DNA of 64,000 bases from Macrostomum hystrix (taxonomy: Eukaryota; Animalia; Platyhelminthes), in contig CATNEN010000029.1 in NCBI GenBank assembly GCA_950097015.1, forward strand, positions 1,178,001-1,242,000, given 5' to 3'. Below the pieces are notes generated by a model that was given only the letters and a program-made list of their open reading frames with translations, ran no database searches and was not told the DNA's origin. A program made the position numbers and the translations under genes. Positions 12,201 through 24,807 of this stretch are shown here, piece by piece (the first letter of the stretch is position 1; every line of letters begins with the position of its first letter).

Positions 12201-15200
12201 GTAGCCTTCAGATGCTGCGGCTGTGCTGTTCTGTACATCTGTAGTTGCTGCACATCTGACCCAACTAGGGCAGGTGTCAATTATAGTCATAATCCAACCC
12301 GTCATATGGTCATAAACCTACCGGTCATTTTAGTCATAATTCCCAAAAAAGGGTCAATAAATTGAATCACAGACGCTAACAATTCCTATCCGCCTTACCT
12401 GAAGACGTACAGGCCGGGCAATGGCCCGCCATAGTCCAGGTTGAACACCTGATGCGGATTCAACAATTTGCGAAAGGCCGTGACCAGTTCAATGCCCTGG
12501 CAGCCGCCGCTTTTCACGTTGACCAGCACCAGCACGGGAGTGACGCCGTCAGGTATCATCTCCGGGTGCAGGTGGGGCAGCGGCAGCACCAGCAGCGGCT
12601 TATCGTCGAACCACTGGTCGCGCAGGACGCTGTAGGCCTGCTGCAGGCGGGCGGCGCTGCGGTACACTAGCACTAATGCGCCGTATTCGTAGTAGATCAC
12701 GTCTATGCTGTCCCATTTGTTCTCTGTCAGGCAATGCGATGGAATGTAGGGCTAGGTCAGTGGTCACAACCGACTGAAGACATTGTCAAAGCGCCCAGTC
12801 AAATTTATTTACTCTGTATCTGATCAACTCTACCATAGCTTCTATCATAAGGCTCCAATAGTTTTTTAAAGTTTCCGTCCTGAAGCTCTAAAAGCTTTCC
12901 CGCAAAAGTTCCAACAGCTTCCATACTGAATCTCACATAGCTTCCTTCCTGAATATCCCATAGCTTCCTTCCTGAATCTCCCATAGCTTCCTTCCTGAAT
13001 CTCCCATAGCTTCCTTCCTGAATCTCCCATAGCTTCCTTCCTGAATCTCCCATAGCTTCCTTCTTGAGTCTTCCATAGCTTCCTTCCTGAATCTCCCATA
13101 GCTTCCTTCCTGAATCTCCCATAGCTTCCTTCTTGAGTCTTCCATAGCTTCCTTCTTGAGTCTTCCATAGCTTCCCTCCTGAATCTCCCATAGCTTCCTT
13201 AGCTACAAACCTACATTAACGGCATCAGCACACTGGGCAAAAGCAATAGCAAAAACTCCCAATCGCAAAAGCAGCAACGCACCTGGGCCGAGCTTATCAA
13301 GCAGGATCTTCTCGTAGACCCTTTGCGACATGCCGCTCATCAGGTTACCAACGTACATGGCCGCGCCGGCCGGGGCGACACCACGCGAATCAGTCAGCGA
13401 TTGCACGTGGAAGCGAGTTAGGCGATACTGCCTAACAGAGTCGCGCTTTATAGCCGCGAGCAGCGGCATTAGGCGCTCGTCTCTGGCCAGCGGCCGCTGG
13501 GTTACAGTCCGGTCTAGGATGACCTCGACCAGTTCCAGGGTGGCCGGATCGACTCCGTCGGCGGAGCGCATGCGCTTAGCAGACGAGAGTAGCGCGTCGC
13601 CAGCTGTGGTATCCGAGCCGAGGACAACATCAACACTGCGGCCGCGGCAAGGCAGCCCGATGGGGTAGACACGGATGACGACGGGCGCGGAGGCGGCTGC
13701 GGCGGCGCCAGCGTTGCGGTAGCGGAGGACGACCGCCGGGCGCCGAGTGTCGTAGCGAAGCTGCTGGCGCACTGGGATGGAATCGTCGAATGGCCTCTCG
13801 CCGCAGTCCTTCTCAGAGTATTCGTGCACAGTGAAGCGGCTGGCGTCCTCGGCGATGTTGTAGGCGCGCAGGGCGCTCTCAGTCAGCTGGGCAACCGTGG
13901 TACTGCGCTGCATCGAAACCAGACGGTACAGACGGCGCTGGGCGGCGTAGTTGCCGTCGAAAACTTTAACCAGGTCTTCGCTGCCAGCGTCTGACTTGTC
14001 CTTCTGGCCGGGGCGGCGGCCCTGCGCCTGCTGCGGCTGCTGGTCCTGGGCGGAGGCGCCGATAGCGGCGGCATCTTCGCCGCGGGCGGAGTCGCCGCCA
14101 CTGCTGGACCAGTCTTCGCTGATGGTGCGGGCTGGATGGATGAAACGATTAGCGATAGATTGAGGCTCACAGTGATAGAAAACATCAAGTGTCGCTTTAT
14201 TGGCATTCTAAAGCAATTCCTTTGCGATACCAATCTAACCCGTTAGAAATTTCAGTGGACTACTAATCTAACTTATCAAAAAATTCTCTGGATTGCTAAA
14301 CTAGCTCATCAGTACATACAGAGGATTGCTAATCCAGCTCATCAGTACATACAGTGGATTGCTAATCTAACTCATCAGTACATACAGTGGATTGCTAATG
14401 CAACTCATCAGTACATACAGTGGATTGCTAATCCAACTCATCAGTACATACAGTGGATTGCTAATCCAACTCATCAGTACATAGTGGATTGCTAATCTAA
14501 CTCATCAGTACATACAGTGGATTGCTAATCTAACTCATCAGTACATACAGTGGATTGCTAATCCAACTCATCAGTACATAGTGGATTGCTAATGCAACTC
14601 ATCAGTACATACAGTGGATTGCTAATGCAACTCATCAGTACATACAGTGGATTGCTAATGCAACTCATCAGTACATACAGTGGATTGCTAATCCAGCTCA
14701 TCAGTACATACAGTGGATTGCTAATGCAACTCATCAGTACATACAGTGGATTGCTAATGCAACTCATCAGTACATACAGTGGATTGCTAATGCAACTCAT
14801 CAGTACATACAGTGGATTGCTAATCCAGCTCATCAGTACATACAGTGGATTGCTAATGCAACTCATCAGTACATACAGTGGATTGCTAATCCAGCTCATC
14901 AGTACATAGTGGATTGCTAATGCAACTCATCAGTACATACAGTGGATTGCTAATCCAGCTCATCAGTACATACAGTGGATTGCTAATGCAACTCATCAGT
15001 ACATACAGTGGATTGCTAATCCAACTCATCAGTACATACAGTGGATTGCTAATCTAACTCATCAGTACATACAGTGGATTGCTAATCCAACTCATCAGTA
15101 CATACAGTGGATTGCTAATCCAACTCATCAGTACATAGTGGATTGCTAATCTAACTCATCAGTACATACAGTGGATTGCTAATCTAACTCATCAGTACAT

Positions 15201-18200
15201 ACAGTGGATTGCTAATCCAACTCATCAGTACATAGTGGATTGCTAATGCAACTCATCAGTACATACAGTGGATAATATAAGCCAATTAAAACACTGTGGA
15301 TTGCCAGACTACCTTTGTGCTATTGTGCATTGTGAAATAAAGCATGTAGCAATGCGAGTGCAGTCTGCCTCAAGAGAGCTGGATGGGGGTAAATTGTTAT
15401 TGATGATGTCCTACAGACATCAATGGGCCAAGGAAGTTCCAGATTTAAGACGCGCGCCAATATTTTCATTGTTGGCAAAATTTAGAACATTCAGATGGGC
15501 TGATGAATAAACCTTTATTAACTGGGCTGTACTGTAGTATATCAGCTTGCAACAGAATGTGAAGCGAACACTGAGCTGAAGGAAAATATGCTATTTTTGT
15601 CACATTTCGTCCGCTTTTAGCAGCTGCAAAACTGCATTGAATTTAATCAGCGATAATTTCAGATAAATCTCCAATGCATAAGACTGAGATTAGATAGACT
15701 CGACTTGATCTGACTACGGTGGAGCTGCTTAAGCCTCGGATCAAGGAAGCAAAGCATGCAGCACCTGGGAGCCTAATCTGTCTGCGCTTGCGTACTAAAA
15801 GCTGTCATCCTCTGCTTTATTGCAGCACCGAGCTAATCCATTATGTCGGATCACGAGACGTGTATATATACATGTATGCATTACTAAGTTTAGTTATATA
15901 AATATACAAACATGTGCGCATTATAAAACCATGTGCCATGAGAGTTCGGAATCTGTGTCCAAGCATGACATAAGAGTTCGGAATCTGTGTCCAGGTGTGC
16001 CATGAGAGTTCGGAATCTGTGTCCAGGCATGACATAAGAGTTCGGAATCTGTGTCCAAGCATGACATAAGAGTTCGGAATCTGTGTCCAGGTGTGCCATG
16101 AGAGTTCGGAATCTGTGTCCAGGCATGACATAAGAGTTCGGAATCTGTGTCCAGGCATGACATAAGAGTTCGGAATCTGTGTCCAAGCATGACATAAGAG
16201 TTCGGAATCTGTGTCCAGGTGTGCCATACGAGTAAGAGCTCGGAATCTGTGTCCAGGTGTGCCATAAGAGTTCGGAATCTGTGTCCAAGCATGACATAAG
16301 AGTTCGGAATCTGTGTCCAGGTGTGCCATGAGAAGTCCGGAATCTGTGTCCAGGTGTGCCATTAGAGTTCGGAATCTGTGTCCAAGCATGACAAAAGAGT
16401 TCGGAATCTGTGTCCAAGCATGACATAAGAGTTCAGAATCTGTGTCCAAGCATGACATAAGAGTTCGGAATCTGTGTCCAGGTGTGCCATGAGAGTACAG
16501 AATCTGTGTCCAGGTGCGCCATAAGAGTACAGAATCTGTGTCCAGGTAAGCCATAAGAGTTCGGAATCTGTGTCCAGGTGTGCCATAAGAGTACAGAATC
16601 TGTGTCCAGGTGTGCCATGAGAGTTCGGAATCTGTGTCAAGGTGTGCCATTAGAGTTCGGAATCTGTGTCCAAGCATGACAAAAGAGTTCGGAATCTGTG
16701 TCCAAGCATGACAAAAGAGTTCGGAATCTGTGTCCAAGCATGACATAAGAGTTCAGAATCTGTGTCCAAGCATGACATAAGAGTTCGGAATCTGTGTCCA
16801 GGTGTGCCATGAGAGTACAGAATCTGTGTCCAGGTGTGCCATAAGAGTACAGAATCTGTGTCCAGGTGTGCCATGAGAGTTCGGAATCTGTGTCAAGGTG
16901 TGCCATTAGAGTTCGGAATCTGTGTCCAAGCATGACAAAAGAGTTCGGAATCTGTGTCCAAGCATGACATAAGAGTTCGGAATCTGTGTCCAAGCATGAC
17001 ATAAGAGTTCGGAATCTGTGTCCAGGTGTGCCATGAGAGTACAGAATCTGTGTCCAGGTAAGCCATAAGAGCTCGGAATCTGTGTCCAGGTAAGCCATAA
17101 GAGTTCGGAGTCTGTGTCCAGGTGTGCCATAAGAGTACAGAATCTGTGTCCAGGTAAGCCATAAGAGTTCGGAATCTGTGTCCAGGTGTGCCATAAGAGT
17201 ACAGAATCTGTGTCCAGGTGTGCCATAAGAGTACAGAATCTGTGTCCAGGTAAGCCATAAGAGTTCGGAATCTGTGTCCAGGTAAGCCATAAGAGTTCGG
17301 AATCTGTGTCCAGGTAAGCCATAAGAGTACAGAATCTGTGTCCAGGTAAGCCATAAGAGTTCGGTATCTGTATTCAGGTGTCTGTATCCAGGTGTATTAA
17401 AAGTTTAGAATCTAGTTGTCCAAGGTGTAGGTTTCTAAACACAACAGATCGTTCTAATTTTTGCACGCATCAATTATTGTACACTTTATTAGATTTTTCG
17501 ATAGATCTGTGATTCAATAAGCCTAATTTATTTAAGCAAGTAACATATTTTTTCAAAGAAGTACAACACATTGTGCACTGCATATAAAGTGTGTAGGGTC
17601 GCACTCGAGTGTATGTGTGTTGGTTTGTTTCAAACTAGGTTGGTAAGTGATTTGACTGACTGAGGTGACGAAAAGGTAATTTAGTTTCCTTTTGGATTAA
17701 CGAAAAGCTCAGATTGTAACTGAATGCACAATATAGATTTTATACTGAGAATATGCACTGGTCTCCGAAATGTATCCTATTTTGTGCTTAAATAAAAGGG
17801 ACAATTAAAAAATACACAGTAAAAGATTTGAGAAGTCATTGATAATCCGTTGCATAATACAAAGTACAGAGATTTCTCTCTAAAAGTGCACCTGCCTGAC
17901 TGGGCTAGGCAGAGATAGGTGAATAGGATAGAAAAAGACGGCACAACAAATATCTGGCGACTGAAGATCCACTGGACTAGGCTTAAACAGGCTAGTTATT
18001 AATTAATGGATAAGAATAGGGACTGTTGGAAGATAGAGACGGATAAAGGGACAGACAACAGGCGTTGATTTAGTGTCATGCAGATTATACTGGATAGAGA
18101 CGAATAGAGAACAGTTTAGAGAATGAATAGGAAAATTAGGACAACACACAATCTCCTTACCTGGCAGGGCAGCTGTGACAATATCGAGGGGGGGCAATTA

Positions 18201-20257
18201 GCGAGAAATATAACAATATTTATTTATAGAAATATAAGCTTACAGTACAGCAATAGATATTGTGAAGAAGTGAAATTTTAGAAACAAGGCGGAGACAGAC
18301 TTGTCGAAAGAGAGAAAGGAAGAGAGCCTGGGTGTCACCGTTCAACGAATCACAAGATTTGGTTATCTAAAGAAGGAAGCTAAAGTAATAGATCCAAAAT
18401 CAAGAATATAAATGAAAACCTCCAATAGTTAAGTGTGCGCACTAAAATTTTAATAGAAATTGGATGCCAAGCATCTCCGAATGGCACTTTAACAGCTTTC
18501 CGAATTTAGATTTATATACTACTTTATCTTGGAATATTCAATATTCGATTCTAAGATTCTCAAAACGTCTATCTTGTACATGATGCGCATTTAAAAGAAA
18601 TTAAAAGGCCCTAGCTCTCACATGTGTTGCGACGCTGCAGGCCGAAGATCTTGTCCAACGGAATGTCCGTCCTGGGCAGCGTGACGGCGCTAGGCGGCAG
18701 CAGGATCTCGCCCAGGATACCAAAGTTGCAGTCGAACGGCACGGCGCGGTAGCAGCCGGCGTGAGCAGCCAGGCCGCACCATTCGCAGCGATAGCCGCTG
18801 AGGCACTCGGAGCTCCAGCAGGTGCGCTTGCACACCGCGCACTTGGAGTTGCCTGGCAGGTTGCCTTCGCGCCAGTGATGATAGTGGTTCTGGAAAAAAC
18901 AGAGGAGTACCTTAACTAGCATAGTAGTATACTAAAACCAGAGGGGTACCATAACTAGTCTAGTATACTAAAACCAGAGGGGTACCTTAACTAGTCTAGT
19001 ATACTTTAAAACTCAAAAGGGTTATCAGAACTAGTCTAGTATACTATAAAATACAAAGGGGGCATCAGAACTAGTCTAGTATACTATAAAATACAAAGGG
19101 GGTACCTTAACTAGTCTAGTATACTATAAATCACAAAGGGGGCATCAGAACTAGTCTAGTATACTATAAAATACAAAGGGGGTACCTTAACTAGTCTAGT
19201 ATACTATAAATCACAAAGGGGGCATCAGAACTAGTCTAGTATACTATAAAATACATAGGGGGTACCTTAACTAGTCTAGTATACTAAAAAACAGAGGGGT
19301 ACCTTAACTAGTCTAGTATACTTTAAAACTCAAAAGGGTTATCAGAACTAGTCTAGTATACTATAAAATACAAAGGGGGCATCAGAACTAGTCTAGTATA
19401 CTATAAAATACAAAGGGGGTACCTTAACTAGTCTAGTATACTATAAATCACAAAGGGGGCATCAGAACTAGTCTAGTATACTATAAAATACAAAGGGGGT
19501 ACCTTAACTAGTCTAGTATACTATAAATCACAAAGGGGGCATCAGAACTAGTCTAGTATGCCATAAAATACAAAGGGGTACCTTAACTAGTCAAGTATAG
19601 AATAAAACAGAGGGGTGCCAAACTAATGTACAATCATAAAAAGCCTTTTTCATGAGCAGCTAGTGAGCCTAGCAACCAATTAGCACTCACCTGATGGGTG
19701 CCAGGATAAAAAGTGGCGCACTCCTTGCAGTCGTTAGTGACAAAGTCCTGACACTCGAGATGGCAGTAGTACTCGCATACTGCAAACAATTCGATTAAGT
19801 TAAAAACAACATTTATTTAAAAAGTTTCAATCAAAACAAGTTATCTCCACTCACTCTCGCATCGAACAGCGGGAAAATCTTCCAATCTTTTGCGGCAGAC
19901 GTTGCAGAATTTGCGCTTAAAATGGCCCGGATCGCTCCAACAGTGCGACACTGGCACCGTCACGAGGCTCGGCGCCAGTGTTGAGCAGGGCGACAGCACT
20001 GATTTTAAGCATCGGTCGTGCACAGTGAATGAGCACAGGCTGCAGATGAAGCCCTGTGACAGCAAGCCCCAAAGCATCTCGGCACAGTGATGACAGTAGG
20101 TTGGCCGGTGAAATGTCTTCTTAATGAAAGTGTGGCCATGGCCAGCGGCTGAGGCGTCCTCAGACTCGCAGGCATCTGTGCCACCGTTTCTGTCCGAAGT
20201 GTCCAGAGGTGGAGCAGCTTCAGCCAGTGAGGCGGCTGCTACTTCTGTTGAAGACAT
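3241..20257 (-). CDS. DGKQ: Diacylglycerol kinase theta (DGKQ/DGK-1 type), 10 exons, ~974 aa
   Basis: Exons (minus): 19855-20257, 19691-19779, 18622-18889, 13283-14131, 12399-12723, 10136-10378, 8944-9077, 6465-6808, 5840-5923, 3241-3426. All introns are GT-AG and phase-consistent; total 2925 nt. Domains: three C1 domains ([17 protein letters not shown]; [17 protein letters not shown]; [17 protein letters not shown]), RA domain (VKVFDGN...), RRM-like segment ([13 protein letters not shown]), catalytic domain ([27 protein letters not shown]) and accessory domain ([15 protein letters not shown]). This is the theta architecture. Confidence 0.95.
3566..4133. repeat. 21-bp tandem array (DGK intron 9)
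   Basis: Unit ctgctcaatctgagaagtaga. Confidence 0.95.
4855..5440. repeat. 21-bp tandem array (DGK intron 9)
   Basis: Unit gggataacatgatctgagggt. Confidence 0.95.
6100..6345. repeat. Degenerate ~52-bp tandem array (DGK intron 8)
   Basis: acaagacagccacctcactcccttcactcgaac...aagggatagag, about 5 copies. Confidence 0.85.
6872..7160 (-). mobile_element. tRNA-derived SINE, copy A
   Basis: Minus strand has A-box tagcttactgg, B-box-like ggtttgattcc, and body tgtgtcctttggcaagacacttaac...cacccagctgttaaatgggtacc; colinear with copy B. Confidence 0.8.
7145..8300. repeat. 20-bp tandem array (DGK intron 7) grown from the SINE 5' end
   Basis: Unit tactaggctacaacccctcc, about 57 copies. Confidence 0.97.
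9320..10025. repeat. 28-bp tandem array (DGK intron 6)
   Basis: Unit aaatcccaaatcatcccatctgaagtct. Confidence 0.96.
10468..10770. repeat. 34-bp tandem array (DGK intron 5)
   Basis: Unit cacctgagagaggagatcagaatggaggggatct. Confidence 0.95.
11993..12281 (+). mobile_element. tRNA-derived SINE, copy B
   Basis: A-box tagcctagtgg, B-box ggctcgaatcc, body cttcagttcacccagctgttaaatgggtaccagcatcagctg...cagtccatggactg; reverse complement of copy A. Confidence 0.8.
12915..13200. repeat. 23-bp tandem array (DGK intron 4)
   Basis: Unit catagcttccttcctgaatctcc. Confidence 0.95.
14305..15270. repeat. 33-bp tandem array (DGK intron 3)
   Basis: Unit tcatcagtacatacagtggattgctaatccaac. Confidence 0.96.
15930..17375. 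repeat. 32-bp tandem array (DGK intron 3)
   Basis: Unit agagttcggaatctgtgtccaggtgtgccatg with aagcatgacata variants. Confidence 0.96.
18161..18172 (-). other. Candidate 12-nt frame-preserving microexon of DGK theta
   Basis: Minus strand reads ctaat-tgcccccccctcgatattgtcacag|CTGCCCTGCCAG|gtaagg: branch point, pyrimidine tract and strong donor. Phase 1 to phase 1; adds 4 codons (T-S-A-L-P-A-R) without a stop. Confidence 0.6.
18893..19625. repeat. 40-bp tandem array with alternating (80-bp dimer) variants (DGK intron 2)
   Basis: aactagtctagtatactataaaatacaaaggggg followed alternately by tacctt or catcag. Confidence 0.95.
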
Positions 20258-21360
20258 AATTTTCGGATTTTACCCAAGGCTGGCTAGAGAGGGACGAGAG
20301 CAAAATTCGTCTTGAACCGGGTAGTTACGCTCTTTCCAGATAGGGGACTGTCTAGATATGCAGTGCCGAAGCTGGTTGTCAAACTTTGTGCTGCATATGG
20401 CTTGTCTAAAATGTTTTTAGATGTGTTATTTAAAATGGATTGCTTCCTAAACATTTGCAATTTTTTATATCCTAATTAAGTAACTAATTGAATAAGTCTT
20501 ATCACAATGAGGGCTGTAAAGGACTGAAGATAGCTTGCCAAACACATTTTACCTATTTATTTTAGGACATGGTACACAACTAAAATATATACCAAGAATC
20601 ATAGTTATGACTGGACCAAATGACAGAAGCTCCATACTTTTCAACTTCTATTATTGGATTAAGTAAAGTACACCTTAGTATCACTAAGTGTTCAGATTTG
20701 TGTTTGCTAGTAAAAGCTAGATAAATGGCACTAATTTTACTTGCATAAGTTGTTAGAGTTATAAAAATATTTATGTATAGCAAACATTTTTGATAAACAT
20801 AGCTCAAAGAAACATAAAATAAAATCTGAGCTACAGAATATAAGTTATCCAAAGGTTTAATAATTAATATATATATTTGTCGTTTTTTCTTTTAATTGTT
20901 AGCATTTTTCTTTTTTTATTAGTTATATTTAAGTTCTATATTAAATTTCTATAGTTCTAATTATAACAAACGACATATCATATTTATATGTTACAAAGAA
21001 AGATACAATAGATAATGAAAAAACAGATAATGGAATGGTTGAAAAATGCAACACTTGTTAGTCACAATGGTGACATTGTTATTTCTTGCTTAAAAAATAA
21101 AAATATTGTTAATATTGTGAAAATGTATAACTACTAGCAATCTTCAGCTAGCTATAAATACGAGTAGATTCCCCAAGCTAATAGCTAGATTTATCGATTT
21201 AATTTTTGAGTCATTCTAAGCCCAGTTTGGCAACTATTTAAAGGCAGAGACTAAACTCAAATTACTACTATATCAACTAGGCCTACTTATGCAGTTATAT
21301 ACTTACTTAACATTCAAATGAGTACTCTATAAAATAGAATTAAAAAAGTTTCATTTAAAA

Positions 21361-21715
21361 CAAGGGGTTGGCAAACTTATTGGCTAGCGGGCCAAAGAGA
21401 GAACCTTAAAGACCACAGCGGGCCGCACTGACTTTAGAAATGTGAGACAGGGGAGAGATGAGACAGTGTAGAGATGAGACAGGGGAGAGATGAGACAAGG
21501 GAGAGATGAGACAAGGGAGAAATGAGACATGGGAGAGATGAGACACCAGGAGAGATGAGACAGGGGAGAGATAAGACAGGGTAGAGATGAGACTGGGGAG
21601 ATGAGATAGGGGAGAGATGAGACAGGATACTGTAGGTGTTGGAAGGGGCAATGGGCCGGATTTGGGAGCTTCGAGGGCTATAACTGGCCTGCGGGCCGGA
21701 GTTTGCCAACCCCTG
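21361..21715. mobile_element. hAT-type MITE carrying an internal ~15-bp GA-rich tandem repeat
   Basis: Ends caaggggttggcaaact... / ...agtttgccaacccctg with a near 8-bp TSD (atttaaaa / atttaaac). An internal segment recurs at 24422-24481. Confidence 0.75.
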
Positions 21716-21904
21716 ATTTAAACTCTTGATTGCAAAGACATATTTATCACATCACTGTCAGACTGCTTTTGTCTTCATATCCTCAAAATATTTTGATTTT
21801 GAAAATACCATAACACTTAATGTATTTATACTAGGCCTATTTAAAATCTGATAAATTAGAATTATTATATGAACATTTTTTATCAACATAACATACCACA
21901 TCCA

Positions 21905-22066
21905 GTCCTAATTACCCTATCTAATACTGGTACCCATTTAACAGCTGGGTGAACTGAAGCAATACAGAGTTGTGTCTTACTAAATGACACAAATTGCTCT
22001 AGTGGGAGTTAAACACTAACCTTCAAGATGAGCCCAATGCTCTAACCACTAAGCTACAACCCCTTT
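21905..22066 (-). mobile_element. tRNA-derived SINE, partial copy C
   Basis: ctggtacccatttaacagctgggtgaactgaagc identical to copy A; head ...ctctaaccactaagctacaacccc. Confidence 0.75.
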
Positions 22067-22954
22067 TCAAATTATTAAAAAGCTTGTCAAGAACAAAATT
22101 TGTAAACAACTTAAAAGCTTTTTTAATAAATTGCTAGTAATTTTTTTAGCTAGAGGCTAAAAGTTAGAGTTTGTTTTTAGTTTTATATATATTTTTAAAT
22201 ATATAAAAATGGTGACTACATACAACATGCATACATAATGTACATATATACATAATATACATAATACATAATTTTTCTTAAAATACAAAATACATAATAC
22301 ATAATACATAATACATAATACAAATATACATAAAAATATACATTATACATTTAGTTTTAGAGTTAGTTTTTTTGTTAGAGGCTAATAAATGTTTAACAGC
22401 AAATATAGCTCTACATAGAACCCTTAATTGTATCTGCTACTACCTAAATTTCTTATTTGACTACCAGAAATGCAAATGGTCGCCTAGCTTTTTTTCTTAC
22501 TGAATACTCACCTATATATGGAAGTTGTGGTGCAAAATAGGCATAACTGGGTTATGTCTTTCTAACATAATTTATGATTTATACTTTATAATAATTTACA
22601 TATTATTAGCCATAATTTACACTTTTAGCCATCTATCTAAGTTACAAGTTCATTTGAGTGTAAGTGATTGGCATGCACCTTAGAAATTATGGTGTGCATT
22701 AAAACAAGTTCAAATATTTCATTAACACCCTATAGCTGTGAATTATACAAAAAGTAGCTGTAACAGTTTTGTAAATAAAAACCTATGAAAACTGTGTAAC
22801 ATATCATAGTGCTATTTGAATCTAATCAGAGGCTAATAACTTAAAGAAAATATATTGTTTTGTTAGTAATAGTAAACTAAAAATTTTTTTTTAAATTACA
22901 CTCTAAAAAGTCAAATAAACTTGTTAATATGAGCTTATAACTATATATATATTT

Positions 22955-23439
22955 GGTCCCAGGTCATTTCGGTGACAAGACATTTCGGTGACAGTCATTT
23001 CGGTGACAACTCAAGTCATTTCAGTGACACAATTGGTCAGATTGGTGACAACTATTTTTGCACCTAAATATGCTAAAAAACTGCCTTCCATTTTAACTAT
23101 ACACACATAAAATATTAATTAAAAAATGCTAAAAGTATTAATAAGAAGCTGCATCGCTCTGATTAAGTCTGGGTTTTACTTTAAATGAGTTAAATTATTA
23201 AATTATTTAATGAGTAGCCAATAGTTTCAATAGTTATTTGTTCCTAATTAAATGTGTATAAAAATCATTTTTCAAGTTTTGGATTGACAAGGCGAGTGCA
23301 GGCTTTAAACAGCTGCTGGATTGTGGAAGGCAGTTTTCTCAGCATATTTAGGTGCAAAAATAGTTGTCACCGAACTGACCAATTCTGTCACCGAAATGAC
23401 TGTCACCAAAATGTCTTGTCACCGAAATGACCCGGGACC
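22955..23439. mobile_element. MITE with ~135-bp TIRs and 8-bp TSD (Merlin- or Mutator-like)
   Basis: Ends ggtcccaggtcatttcggtgac... / ...gtcaccgaaatgacccgggacc, repeated subterminal catttcggtgaca motifs, exact TSD atatattt on both sides. Confidence 0.85.
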
Positions 23440-24807
23440 ATATATTTAATGTAACCACTTCAGTTGAGTTAATTTAAACTTTAAAAATGTTCTTATATTT
23501 TCTTTACAAATTAAAATGGCTGTGTCAGCATAATTTACATGTTTTAGTACACCCTACAAGTATGCCATTCGAAAAAATAAAACTAGCCTTTACATATGAA
23601 TTATCAATTCCTTCTTGTTCTTCTTACTAGTATATACCCAACATGATAAAGACAATAGATAAATAGCAATACATTTTAGCAGCTGCAGTTGTGAATCGTC
23701 GCAGTGAACTAGAAACAACTACTCTATAGTCAGCCATGCACAAATGTAATCAAAATTGAATCCTATACACCATACTATTGCATGGGAGAGTAAGGAAACC
23801 TATATGAGTTATGAGTTAATCAACAATAATGGCTCAAGCAATCTAAATATTTGTAAGCTTTGTATTCATTATTCATATATATTTTTATCGAATAATTGTT
23901 GTACAGAATAAATAATGTCTATTGCAAGCTGCAACACAGAACAACTTTGAAGTTATAAAAATTACGTACAAATATTTTGCTTACCATTTTACTTTTTGGT
24001 GACGTTAAAAAATGAAGTGAGCTATAAAAACTTTATTAGATCAGTCGATAGCGTATCGAATGAGTTAAAATTGAAATGCAATTTAAATTCACTATTTAAA
24101 CATCAACTACATCTACATGGTACATAGGACTTTACAGGACAATATAATTCGTCTCTTGAATTATTTCGTGGAAAAATAAGAATTTAAAATTTATCGAGCT
24201 TAGGACTTGTCGTGATATTTTTGTCGTTAAACTTTTTTATGTTGCTTGCACTAGAAAATGTTTTAGCTAATAAAATGTCCGATTATCGGATTTTGCTACT
24301 TTACCCCATTGTAGGTTTCTTACTATCTGCTTATATAGTTTATTTGCTTTTATAGCTTACATAGCTTACAAAAATATTTTGCAGTTCCTGTAACAAAAAC
24401 TTATTGGTATGTTACAGGATACCTGTAGGTGTTGGAAGGGGCAACGGGCCGGATTTGGCAGCTTCGAGGGCCATAACTGGCTTTTAAAATATATATTAAA
24501 TGATATAATTTAATCTTCTAAATACTAAAGCGAAAGCGCAACGAAAAATTAGTTTTTCTAAAGCGAAAATATGAACTTGACATTTTTTCTCCAAGGACCA
24601 ATTTGTTAATTACTAGTCCATGAATTTTTTAGCACAAAGTAGATTCATTCATTCGTTCACAAAAGCTTAATTTAACGTTTCTGCGATTTTTTAATGAAAT
24701 CAATACAATAATTAGCATACGACACTAGTTGTCAGATGTATTGATAAATTCAACATATAAAATTCGGTTGTGAAATTTACAATCTTAAATAAATCAAACG
24801 GCCAATG

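Noticed and set aside
14558-17354. Many overlapping repetitive ORFs (LDTDSEL..., MSCISNP...)
   Set aside because: 33-bp and 32-bp intronic arrays; no evidence of coding.
17892-17904. Second possible DGK microexon (ctag|CCCAGTCAGGCAG|gtgcac)
   Set aside because: 13 nt breaks the frame and the donor is weak; a 9-nt GC-donor version is too speculative.
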